Source: Xanthobacteraceae bacterium (GTDB lineage: Bacteria > Pseudomonadota > Alphaproteobacteria > Rhizobiales > Xanthobacteraceae). Taken from it: a DNA stretch of 64,000 nt. The first letter of the stretch is position 1; the number at the start of each line of letters is the position of its first letter. The stretch lies in contig DASXDP010000245.1 in NCBI GenBank assembly GCA_036490575.1, positions 792 to 64,791 of the forward strand, in the 5' to 3' direction. The notes under the pieces are model-generated. The model ran no database searches and was not told the DNA's origin. It saw only the letters and a program-made list of their open reading frames with translations. The position numbers and the translations under genes were made by a program. This document shows positions 56,413 to 64,000 of this stretch, one piece after another.

Positions 56413-58485
56413 TCAGGCGAACTTCGCCTGAACCTCGTCGGCGACGCCTTTCGGCACCTCCGCATAGTGGTCGAATTGCATGGTGAACGTGGCGCGCCCC
56501 TGACTCATGGAGCGCAGGTTATTTACGTACGAGAACATGTTGGCGAGCGGCACCATCGCCGTGATGACGTTGGCGTTGCCGCGCATGTCCTGGCCCTGGA
56601 TTTGGCCGCGCCGTGAATTCAGATCGCCAATGACCGAGCCGGTGTAATCCTCCGGCGTCACCACCTCGACCTTCATGACCGGCTCGAGCAGCACCGGTCC
56701 GCCCTTCTGCAGCGCTTCGCGCATGGCGCCGCGCGCGCAGATTTCGAAGGCCATGGCCGAGGAATCCACGTCATGGGAGTCGCCGTCGATAAGACTGACC
56801 TTGACGTCGACCACCGGAAAACCGGCGAGGATGCCGGAATTCAAAACCCCTTCGAGACCTTTTTCGACGGCCGGAATGAACTCTTTCGGCACTGAGCCAC
56901 CGACAACTTCATTTTCAAACTCGAAACCGACGCCCGGCGCGCCCGGCTCGGCGACGATCTTGATCTTTGCGTATTGGCCGTGACCACCGGTCTGCTTTTT
57001 ATGGGTAAAGTCGACAGTCGCGGGCCGGGTGATTTTCTCCCGGTACGCAACTTGCGGCGCGCCGATATTGGCATCGACCTTGTAAGTACGCTTGAGGATG
57101 TCGACCTTGATGTCGAGGTGCAGTTCGCCCATGCCCTTGATGATGGTCTGGCCGGATTCCTGATCGGTCGAGACACGAAACGAAGGATCCTCGGCCACAA
57201 GTTTGGCGAGCGCCACGCCGAGTTTCTCCTGGTCGGCTTTCGACTTCGGCTCGATCGCAATCTCGATGACCGGATCGGGAAATTCCATCTTTTCCAGGAT
57301 CACCGCCTTCTGAGGATCGCAAAGGGTATCGCCGGTGCGCACTTCCTTCAGTCCGGCCAGCGCGACGATATCGCCGGCGAAGGCCTCCTTGATGTCCTCG
57401 CGGTTGTTGGCATGCATCAGCAGCATGCGGCCGACGCGTTCTTTGCGGTCTTTGGTCGAGTTCATGACGCCGGTCGAGCTCTCAAGCGTTCCGGAATAGA
57501 TGCGGCAGAACGTGATAGTGCCGACGAACGGGTCATCCATGATCTTGAACGCCAACAGAGCCATCGGCTCGGTGTCTAACGGCTTGCGCTCAACTTCATT
57601 GCCCTTGAGATCGATGCCCTTCACCGCCGGCACGTCGACAGGCGACGGCAAATAATCAACCACAGCGTCAAGCAGCGGCTGCACGCCCTTGTTCTTGAAC
57701 GCCGAGCCGCAGAGCACCGGAAAGAACGTGCTGGCGATGGTCGCCTTGCGGATCAGGCGCTTTAGCGTGGCTTCGTCGGGCTCATTGCCTTCGAGGTAAG
57801 CCGTCATTGCATCGTCGTCGAGTTCGACCGCAGCCTCGACCAGCTTCTCGCGATATTCCTTGGCCTGGTCCTTCAGCTCGGCCGGGATTTCGATATCGTG
57901 ATATTTCGCGCCGAGCGTCTCTTCGTCCCACACGACGCCGACCATGCGCACGAGATCGATCACGCCTTTGAACTGGTTCTCGGATCCAATCGGCAGCTGG
58001 ATCGCGACCGGCTTGGCGCCGAGGCGATCGACGATGTCCTTCAGGCACTGAAAAAAGTCCGCGCCGACCTTGTCCATCTTGTTGCAGAAGACAATGCGGG
58101 GGACGTCGTAACGGTCACCTTGCCGCCACACCGTCTCGGTCTGCGGCTCCACGCCCTGATTGGAATCAAGCACGCATACCGCCCCGTCGAGGACGCGCAG
58201 CGAGCGTTCCACTTCGATGGTGAAGTCAACGTGACCCGGAGTGTCGATGATGTTGAGGCGCTTGCCGTTCCAGATCGCGGTGGTCGCGGCAGAGGTAATG
58301 GTAATACCGCGTTCCTGCTCCTGCTCCATGAAGTCCATGGTCGCGGCGCCGTCGTGGACTTCGCCGATCTTGTGGCTCTTGCCGGTGTAATAGAGGACGC
58401 GCTCGGTCGTCGTGGTCTTGCCGGCATCGATGTGAGCCATGATGCCGAAGTTGCGGTAGTCCTCGATCGGATGGGTGCGGGGCAT
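56413..58485 (-). CDS. fusA: elongation factor G
   Basis: [40 protein letters not shown]. 690 aa. Confidence 0.99.
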   Translation of the reverse strand: MPRTHPIEDYRNFGIMAHIDAGKTTTTERVLYYTGKSHKIGEVHDGAATMDFMEQEQERGITITSAATTAIWNGKRLNIIDTPGHVDFTIEVERSLRVLDGAVCVLDSNQGVEPQTETVWRQGDRYDVPRIVFCNKMDKVGADFFQCLKDIVDRLGAKPVAIQLPIGSENQFKGVIDLVRMVGVVWDEETLGAKYHDIEIPAELKDQAKEYREKLVEAAVELDDDAMTAYLEGNEPDEATLKRLIRKATIASTFFPVLCGSAFKNKGVQPLLDAVVDYLPSPVDVPAVKGIDLKGNEVERKPLDTEPMALLAFKIMDDPFVGTITFCRIYSGTLESSTGVMNSTKDRKERVGRMLLMHANNREDIKEAFAGDIVALAGLKEVRTGDTLCDPQKAVILEKMEFPDPVIEIAIEPKSKADQEKLGVALAKLVAEDPSFRVSTDQESGQTIIKGMGELHLDIKVDILKRTYKVDANIGAPQVAYREKITRPATVDFTHKKQTGGHGQYAKIKIVAEPGAPGVGFEFENEVVGGSVPKEFIPAVEKGLEGVLNSGILAGFPVVDVKVSLIDGDSHDVDSSAMAFEICARGAMREALQKGGPVLLEPVMKVEVVTPEDYTGSVIGDLNSRRGQIQGQDMRGNANVITAMVPLANMFSYVNNLRSMSQGRATFTMQFDHYAEVPKGVADEVQAKFA

Positions 58486-58511
58486 TTTTTAAAATCCTTT
58501 GGTCGCCGGCG

Positions 58512-58982
58512 TCACCAGCGATAGTGCGAGAAGGCACGGTTGGCTTCAGCCATCCGGTGCGTGTCCTCGCGCTTCTTGACCGCGTTCCCCCTGTTATTGG
58601 ATGCATCGAGCAACTCCGCGGAGAGCCGCTCGGTCATCGTCTTTTCGTTGCGCTCACGCGCCGCCGAAATGATCCAGCGGATGCCGAGCGCCTGGCGCCG
58701 CGAAGTTCGCACTTCGACCGGCACCTGATAGGTGGCGCCGCCGACGCGGCGCGAGCGCACTTCGATCGACGGCATGACGTTATCGAGCGCCTGCTGAAAT
58801 ACGCTGACCGGGTTGCCGCGGGTCTTGCCTTCGATCATGTCGAGAGCGCCGTAGACGATGTTCTCCGCCACGGACTTCTTGCCCGCGTGCATCACCGAGT
58901 TCATGAACTTGGTGATCACGATGTTCGCGAACTTCGGGTCCGGCAGGATCTCGCGCTTGTCTGCCCTGTGGCGGCGGGACAT
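58512..58982 (-). CDS. rpsG: 30S ribosomal protein S7
   Basis: [18 protein letters not shown].......KFMN..M..GKKSVAE.IVY. Confidence 0.98.
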   Translation of the reverse strand: MSRRHRADKREILPDPKFANIVITKFMNSVMHAGKKSVAENIVYGALDMIEGKTRGNPVSVFQQALDNVMPSIEVRSRRVGGATYQVPVEVRTSRRQALGIRWIISAARERNEKTMTERLSAELLDASNNRGNAVKKREDTHRMAEANRAFSHYRW

Positions 58983-59030
58983 CTCGTTATTTCCTTCGTC
59001 TCTCGTTCCCTATGAACACAAAGAGGCCGA

Positions 59031-59402
59031 CTACTTCGGCCTCTTTGCTCCGTATTTCGACCTGCGCTGTTTGCGGTTCTTGACGCCCTGGGTATCGAGC
59101 ACACCGCGCAGAATGTGATAGCGCACGCCCGGAAGATCCTTCACCCGGCCGCCGCGGATCATTACCACCGAGTGCTCTTGCAGGTTATGGCCCTCGCCCG
59201 GGATGTAGCCGATGACCTCGAAGCCGTTGGTCAACCGCACCTTGGCGACCTTGCGCAGCGCCGAGTTCGGCTTCTTCGGCGTCGTCGTATAGACGCGCGT
59301 GCAGACGCCGCGCTTTTGCGGCGATTGCTGAAGAGCCGGCACTTTCTTTTTCGCGTGCTGCACGACGCGCGGCCTGCGAATGAGCTGATTAACCGTCGGC
59401 AT
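59031..59402 (-). CDS. rpsL: 30S ribosomal protein S12
   Basis: Start [12 protein letters not shown] at 59402. [61 protein letters not shown]. Confidence 0.98.
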   Translation of the reverse strand: MPTVNQLIRRPRVVQHAKKKVPALQQSPQKRGVCTRVYTTTPKKPNSALRKVAKVRLTNGFEVIGYIPGEGHNLQEHSVVMIRGGRVKDLPGVRYHILRGVLDTQGVKNRKQRRSKYGAKRPK

Positions 59403-59691
59403 TCGTTCTCTTCGCTCCGGCGCGAAACCGCTCGCGCAAAAGAAATCGCGCCATCCGCTCCACGCGCGGAGGGGCGCTCGAACCATGCAGAGGACCGCGA
59501 TGCGAGCACCGCGGTCGTGCGTCTTAAGCCTTCTGACTTTCCGTAGTCAGCGGCAGCGTTTGAGCCTGCTTTTGTCGAGGCGTCGCGCCGAAACCCAAGC
59601 GTTAAGAAAGCCGATGACTTCCAATAACTTGCGTGGACCCGGACATGCCGTTCCGACGGGCGAAGCTCACCGCCTGCCGAAAAGTGCGCGG

Positions 59692-59720
59692 TATTTATCG
59701 GCCGTACCGTGCGAAGTCAA
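59692..59720 (-). promoter_or_regulatory. strong sigma70-type promoter candidate for the rpsL-rpsG-fusA-tuf operon
   Basis: The minus strand reads TTGACT-17 nt-TAAATA (reverse complement of 59715-59720 and 59692-59697). This implies a ~280-nt leader before the rpsL ATG at 59402. Confidence 0.6.
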
Positions 59721-59782
59721 GCACATATGGGCACAAAACGCCTATGGCGCAAGCACATCTGCGCTATCGAGCATGGGGCTGA

Positions 59783-60484
59783 TTACGCCGGCTCCATGCC
59801 CTTTTCGCGGATTATCCGTTCACTCTCGGGAGATTTAAGGAAGGCCACTAACGCGCGGGCGGCCGCATGATCCGGGGCTTTCGCGGCAAATCCCGCACTA
59901 TAAGCAACGAAATTGCCAAGTTCGGACGGCAATGGGCCGACGAGATGCGCCCCCTGAACCGGCTGGTTTTCGATGATCTGCTGCATCCCGACCTCGGCCT
60001 CGCCGCTGGCGACGACTTCGCCCACCGGTCGGCCGATCGCCAGTACGGTTTTTTCCTTCATTTCGGCGGCAAGGCCGATCCGCTCGAGGAGCCCCGCAAC
60101 GTAGAGACCGCTGGGGCCCTGGCTGTGCGAAATCGATTTTGCCCGGCGCAACACGTTCTTGAACGCCTCGACGGTTGAGATATCGGGCACCGGCGCGCCG
60201 ACCCGCACAATGAAGCCGACAAGGGAGCGCACGATGTCGGTCTGCGACCCGGGGACGACGAAGCCCGAACCCGCAAGTGCGTCGAGCTCGGAGCGAGGCA
60301 TGAGCGCCATATCGAAGGAAGCGTCGTCTTCGATCTCTTTCTTGAGAAGGCGCGTGATCGCAAAATGGGTGGAGACGCTAATTCCTTGGGCTCTTTCGAA
60401 TAGTGGCAGCGCCTCGGTGAGGAATCGCCGCATGGCACCGCCGCTATACAGCGTGAGGCCGGCCCTGGGCTGCTGAGTGGTCAT
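59783..60484 (-). CDS. ModA-like (type II periplasmic-binding fold) protein lacking a signal peptide
   Basis: 233 aa. LTLYSGGAMRRFLTEALPLFERAQGISVSTHF and later GEAEVGMQQI..., VAYSAGFAAKAPDHAAARALVAFLKSPE resemble molybdate/anion SBPs. The N-terminus MTTQQPRAG has no hydrophobic signal. Confidence 0.65.
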   Translation of the reverse strand: MTTQQPRAGLTLYSGGAMRRFLTEALPLFERAQGISVSTHFAITRLLKKEIEDDASFDMALMPRSELDALAGSGFVVPGSQTDIVRSLVGFIVRVGAPVPDISTVEAFKNVLRRAKSISHSQGPSGLYVAGLLERIGLAAEMKEKTVLAIGRPVGEVVASGEAEVGMQQIIENQPVQGAHLVGPLPSELGNFVAYSAGFAAKAPDHAAARALVAFLKSPESERIIREKGMEPA

Positions 60485-61287
60485 GCGGATACCGCTAGCG
60501 CATTCGCCGACACGCCGCCAATAATGCGCTCAAGGGCGGCGAGTCCTTCGGTCAACGCCGCAGGGCCGGGCTGAAGGATCAGCGACGATTTGATCTCGTG
60601 CACCGCGCCGGTGCGGACCGCCGGCAGCGCGCCGAACCCCGGACGGTTCACGAGCTTTTCCGCTTTGAATTTTTTCCCGCACCATGAGCCGATGATGACG
60701 TCCGGCTGCCGGTCGATCACTTCTGCGGCGCTGACAATACGCCCTTTGGCCGACGTGCAGGCGGCACGGTCAGCGAAGATGTCGGTACCGCCGGCAGCCT
60801 CGATCAATTCCGAGACCCAGCCGATGCCGGAAATCATCGGCTCATCCCATTCCTCGAAATACACTTTTGGCCTCCGCCGCAGGTGCGTGCTGCGGCGGCG
60901 GGTGGCAGCGACCCCCAGCTCCAGGCCGGCCGCCAAACGATCCGCGGCGTCAGCCGCGCCAACCATGGCTCCGAGCATTCGAATCATGTCGAGGATTTCC
61001 GCGACGCTGCGCTGATTAAACGCGTGCACGTCAACGCCGGCGCGAATGAGCGTCGCGGCTATTTCGGCCTGGAGATCAGAGAAGGTCAGAACGAGGTCAG
61101 GCTCGAGCGCGAGGATTTTCGGAATATCCGCGGATGTGAAGGCGGAGACACGCGGCTTTTCGCGCCGGGCGCGCGGCGGACGAACGACATAGCCGGACAT
61201 GCCGACAATCCGGCGCTCTTCGCCGAGAAGGTAAAGGGTTTCGACGGTCTCTTCGGTGAGGCAGACAATTCGCTCAGGCGGAAACAC
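60481..61287 (-). CDS. BtuF/FhuD-like (cluster A, Peripla_BP_2-type) binding protein lacking a signal peptide
   Basis: 268 aa. ERIVCLTEETVETLYLLGEERRIVGMSG, ILALEPDLVLTFS, RPKVYFEEWDEPMISGIGWVSELIEAAGG and QPDVIIGSWCG fit the cobalamin/siderophore-binding fold. There is no signal peptide. ATGA overlap with the next gene. Confidence 0.65.
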   Translation of the reverse strand: MFPPERIVCLTEETVETLYLLGEERRIVGMSGYVVRPPRARREKPRVSAFTSADIPKILALEPDLVLTFSDLQAEIAATLIRAGVDVHAFNQRSVAEILDMIRMLGAMVGAADAADRLAAGLELGVAATRRRSTHLRRRPKVYFEEWDEPMISGIGWVSELIEAAGGTDIFADRAACTSAKGRIVSAAEVIDRQPDVIIGSWCGKKFKAEKLVNRPGFGALPAVRTGAVHEIKSSLILQPGPAALTEGLAALERIIGGVSANALAVSA

Positions 61288-61321
61288 GTCGTGCTCCAGA
61301 AAGGCAAGAAACGTCGGGAGT

Positions 61322-62374
61322 TTACGCGGCTTTTCTCGCGCTGTCCTTTAGCAACCCGAGTTGCAAGAGACTTTCCGCCGAGGCGACGAGCGCGTCCTCC
61401 CGGGAGCGCGGTTCCCAGCCGAGCATGCGGCGGGCTTTTTCGTTGGTCGCGTTCTTTGCCCTGCCGAGTTCGGGAATGATCTGTTTGACCGCCGGATCGG
61501 CCAACGAGGCGACCCGCACCAGCCAGTTCGGCAATTGCCGCGTCGGCACTCGTCGTGCCGCCGTTCCCATCCGGTCTTTCAGAACCTGCGCGATTTCGCG
61601 GATCGACATGAAATCGCCAGCGACGGCGAGGAAACGTTCGCCCTTTGCCGCGGGATTGGTCATAGCGCGAAGGTGCAGGTCGGCGACGTCGCGCACATCA
61701 ACCACGCCGAACACAAGTTGCGGGCAGCCCGGCATGGCGCCGTCCATCAAACGCTGAACAATCAAAATCGATGTCGAGTAGTCGGGGCCGAGCACCGGGC
61801 CAAAGACGCCGACCGGATTGACGACTGCGAGTTCGAGGGCCCCTGCTTCTTTGGCAAGAAAGTCCCACGCCGCGCGTTCTGCAAGCGTCTTCGATTTCAC
61901 GTAGGCGCTTACGTCGGGGCCGGTGGGATTGGTCCAATTGGTTTCGTCAAACGGCGCGCCTTGCGGCGCGTGGCCGTAGCCGACGGCGGCGAACGAGGAC
62001 GTGAGCACCACGCGCTTGACGCCGGCGTCACGGGCCGCGCGCAGCACGCGCAATGCGCCTTCGCGCGCCGGCACAATCAACTCGTCTTCGTGCTTCGGCA
62101 CCGTCGCGGGGAACGGTGAGGCGACGTGCAGCACGAAGTCGCAGCCGGCAACGGCCTCGCGCCAGCCGGCATCGCTTTCGAGATCGGCGGCATAAAGCGA
62201 CAGGCGGCCGCCGGGATCGCCGCCGCCTTGCTTGAGCAAGGCGCGCACATCGGCTTTCCGTTTGAGGTTACGAACAGTGGTGCGCACCTCGTGCCCGTCC
62301 GCAACGAGCTGCAAAATGCAGTGGCTGCCGATAAAGCCCGAGCCGCCCGTAACCAGAACCGTACTCATCGCCAC
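61322..62374 (-). CDS. extended SDR, NAD(P)-dependent epimerase/aldehyde-reductase (dihydroflavonol-reductase-like) family
   Basis: VLVTGGSGFIGSH Rossmann motif, HVASP and YVKSK (YxxxK). 350 aa. Confidence 0.85.
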   Translation of the reverse strand: MAMSTVLVTGGSGFIGSHCILQLVADGHEVRTTVRNLKRKADVRALLKQGGGDPGGRLSLYAADLESDAGWREAVAGCDFVLHVASPFPATVPKHEDELIVPAREGALRVLRAARDAGVKRVVLTSSFAAVGYGHAPQGAPFDETNWTNPTGPDVSAYVKSKTLAERAAWDFLAKEAGALELAVVNPVGVFGPVLGPDYSTSILIVQRLMDGAMPGCPQLVFGVVDVRDVADLHLRAMTNPAAKGERFLAVAGDFMSIREIAQVLKDRMGTAARRVPTRQLPNWLVRVASLADPAVKQIIPELGRAKNATNEKARRMLGWEPRSREDALVASAESLLQLGLLKDSARKAA

Positions 62375-62425
62375 CCTCCCGTGTCAGGTCATCCAGCGCC
62401 GCCGAAACTACATAGGGACGCACCA

Positions 62426-62456
62426 CGAAACGAAAAAGGCCGCCTTGCGGCGGCCT
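62426..62456 (-). terminator. Rho-independent terminator after rpoC
   Basis: The minus strand reads aggccgcc-gcaa-ggcggcct followed by ttttcgtttcg, about 30 nt downstream of the rpoC stop. Confidence 0.8.
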
Positions 62457-62488
62457 CCTCGTCTTGTGTGTGCCTCCGGGGCGGAATT

Positions 62489-64000
62489 TTACTCCGCTGC
62501 CGGCAGTGCCGCGGGCTCCTGTGCAGCCTCGGCGGCCTTTGCCGCCTCCTTCTCGCGCTCGGCGAGAATGAGCTGGTCGCGCTTGATCGCCACTTCGCGC
62601 AGCCGGTTCATCATCGCGCCGGTGCCGGCCGGAATGAGCCGGCCAACGATGACATTCTCCTTGAGGCCGTCGAGCGTGTCGGCCTTGCCCGAGACCGCGG
62701 CCTCGGTGAGAACGCGCGTCGTCTCCTGGAACGACGCCGCAGAGATGAACGAACGCGTCTGCAACGATGCCTTGGTGATGCCGAGAAGCACCGGGTGCGC
62801 GGTCGCGGGCTTCTTGCCCTCGGCCACGACGCGGGCGTTGGTCTCGTCGAACTCCAGCTTGTCGATCTGATCGCCCTGGATCATCTCGGTCTCGCCGGAA
62901 TCCGTAATCTCGACCTTTTGCAGCATCTGCCGGACGATCACTTCGATGTGCTTGTCGTTGATCGCCACGCCCTGCAGCCGGTAGACGTCCTGGATCTCAT
63001 TGACCAGGTAGCCGGCGAGCTCTTCGACACCCTTAATAGCCAGGATGTCGTGCGGCGCCGGGTTACCTTCGACGATGAAGTCGCCCTTCTCGATGACGTC
63101 GCCATCCTGCAAGTGGATGTGCTTACCCTTCGGGACGAGGTACTCACGCGCCTCCTCCTCGCTGCCGCTGGCTGGCTCGATCGCGATCCGCCGCTTGTTC
63201 TTGTAGTCGCGGCCGAAACGCACCGTACCGGAGATCTCGGCGATCACCGCCGATTCTTTCGGCCGCCGCGCTTCGAACAATTCCGCGACACGCGGCAAAC
63301 CGCCGGTGATGTCGCGGGTCTTGGCGCTTTCGGTCGGGATACGGGCGATGACGTCGCCCGCGCCGACCTTGCCGTTAGGATCGACCGAGATGACGGCGTC
63401 AACCGCCAGCATGTAGCGGGCATCGCCGCCACGCGAGAGTTTAAGGATTTTGCCGTCCTTGCCCTTGATCACGAGCGCCGGACGCAAATCCTGCTGGCCG
63501 CGGGCCGAACCCGAACGCCAGTCGATCACCACGCGTTTGGCGATACCGGTCGATTCGTCGAGCGTCTCGGTCAACGACTGACCTTCGACAAGATCCTCGA
63601 ACCCGACCGTGCCTTCGACTTCGGTCATGATCGGCCGAGTGTATGGATCCCACTCAGCGATACGCTGGCCGCGCTTAATGTGTTCGCCGTCCTCGACCTT
63701 GAGCCGCGCGCCGTATTGGATGCGGTGCACAGCCCGTTCGGTGCCGTCCGGATCGGTCACCGCAACAATGAGGTTGCGGCTCATGACGATCTGATCGCCG
63801 TCCGAGTTACGGGCGACGTTCTTGTTCTTAATCCGGATGGTGCCTTCGAAGTTCGACTCGACGAACGACTGCTCCGAGATCTGCGCCGCGCCGCCGATAT
63901 GGAACGTGCGCATGGTGAGCTGGGTACCCGGCTCACCAATCGACTGCGCGGCAATGACTCCGACAGCCTCGCCCATATTGACCGGAGTGCCACGGGCAAG
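62489..64000 (-). CDS. rpoC: DNA-directed RNA polymerase subunit beta' (C-terminal ~500 aa; continues beyond window)
   Basis: [30 protein letters not shown] (trigger-loop region) and [12 protein letters not shown], ending ...[12 protein letters not shown]. The frame is open to the window edge at 64000. Confidence 0.97.
   Translation of the reverse strand, partial: LARGTPVNMGEAVGVIAAQSIGEPGTQLTMRTFHIGGAAQISEQSFVESNFEGTIRIKNKNVARNSDGDQIVMSRNLIVAVTDPDGTERAVHRIQYGARLKVEDGEHIKRGQRIAEWDPYTRPIMTEVEGTVGFEDLVEGQSLTETLDESTGIAKRVVIDWRSGSARGQQDLRPALVIKGKDGKILKLSRGGDARYMLAVDAVISVDPNGKVGAGDVIARIPTESAKTRDITGGLPRVAELFEARRPKESAVIAEISGTVRFGRDYKNKRRIAIEPASGSEEEAREYLVPKGKHIHLQDGDVIEKGDFIVEGNPAPHDILAIKGVEELAGYLVNEIQDVYRLQGVAINDKHIEVIVRQMLQKVEITDSGETEMIQGDQIDKLEFDETNARVVAEGKKPATAHPVLLGITKASLQTRSFISAASFQETTRVLTEAAVSGKADTLDGLKENVIVGRLIPAGTGAMMNRLREVAIKRDQLILAEREKEAAKAAEAAQEPAALPAAE

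Noticed and set aside
59485-59838. A 117-aa plus-strand ORF in the rpsL leader region.
   Set aside because: It has no RBS and a Ser/Arg/Leu-rich translation. It overlaps the 3' end of the ModA-like gene and the predicted rpsL promoter on the other strand.

Overview
High-GC alphaproteobacterial chromosomal core segment. It looks like a Hyphomicrobiales (Bradyrhizobiaceae/Nitrobacteraceae-type) genome. This placement is inferred from the GcrA cell-cycle regulator, ATP12, DUF2336, class II DAHP synthase, palindromic REP elements of the CGTCAT...ATGACG and CCTCTCCCC/GGGGAGAGG types, and the gene order. About 40.4-59.4 kb on the minus strand is a complete, uninterrupted str/S10/spc/alpha ribosomal superoperon: rpsL-rpsG-fusA-tuf, rpsJ to rpsQ, rplN to rplO, secY-adk, rpsM-rpsK-rpoA-rplQ. 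The 3' part of rpoC lies at the right edge, and three non-ribosomal genes sit between rpoC and rpsL. The first 40 kb mixes housekeeping genes (gcrA, clpS, nadE, DAHP synthase, gor, rpiA, gph, moaA, ATP12, rarA, an HtrA protease, a pseudouridine synthase) with small accessory-looking genes. I found no tRNA, rRNA, CRISPR array, IS element, integrase or prophage. I do not see a clear multi-gene novel system such as a defence island. The observations most worth a second look are: (1) three tandem paralogous small secreted two-cysteine proteins (9.08-10.04 kb) next to two low-complexity membrane-anchored proteins; (2) Lys/Ala/Pro-rich extensions fused to adenylate kinase (C-terminus) and ribosomal protein L5 (N-terminus); (3) a frameshifted GST gene; (4) a signal-peptide-bearing Met/His/Cys-rich miniprotein; (5) four GANTC sites plus a CtrA-like box upstream of gcrA; (6) a GltD/ferredoxin fusion gene translationally coupled to korAB; (7) a tandem duplication of MetE-like genes behind a GST; (8) a 0.9-kb highly structured non-coding convergent spacer; (9) two overlapping signal-less periplasmic-binding-fold genes in the rpoC-rpsL gap. 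All calls come from reading the translations and sequence by eye. No database searches were run.
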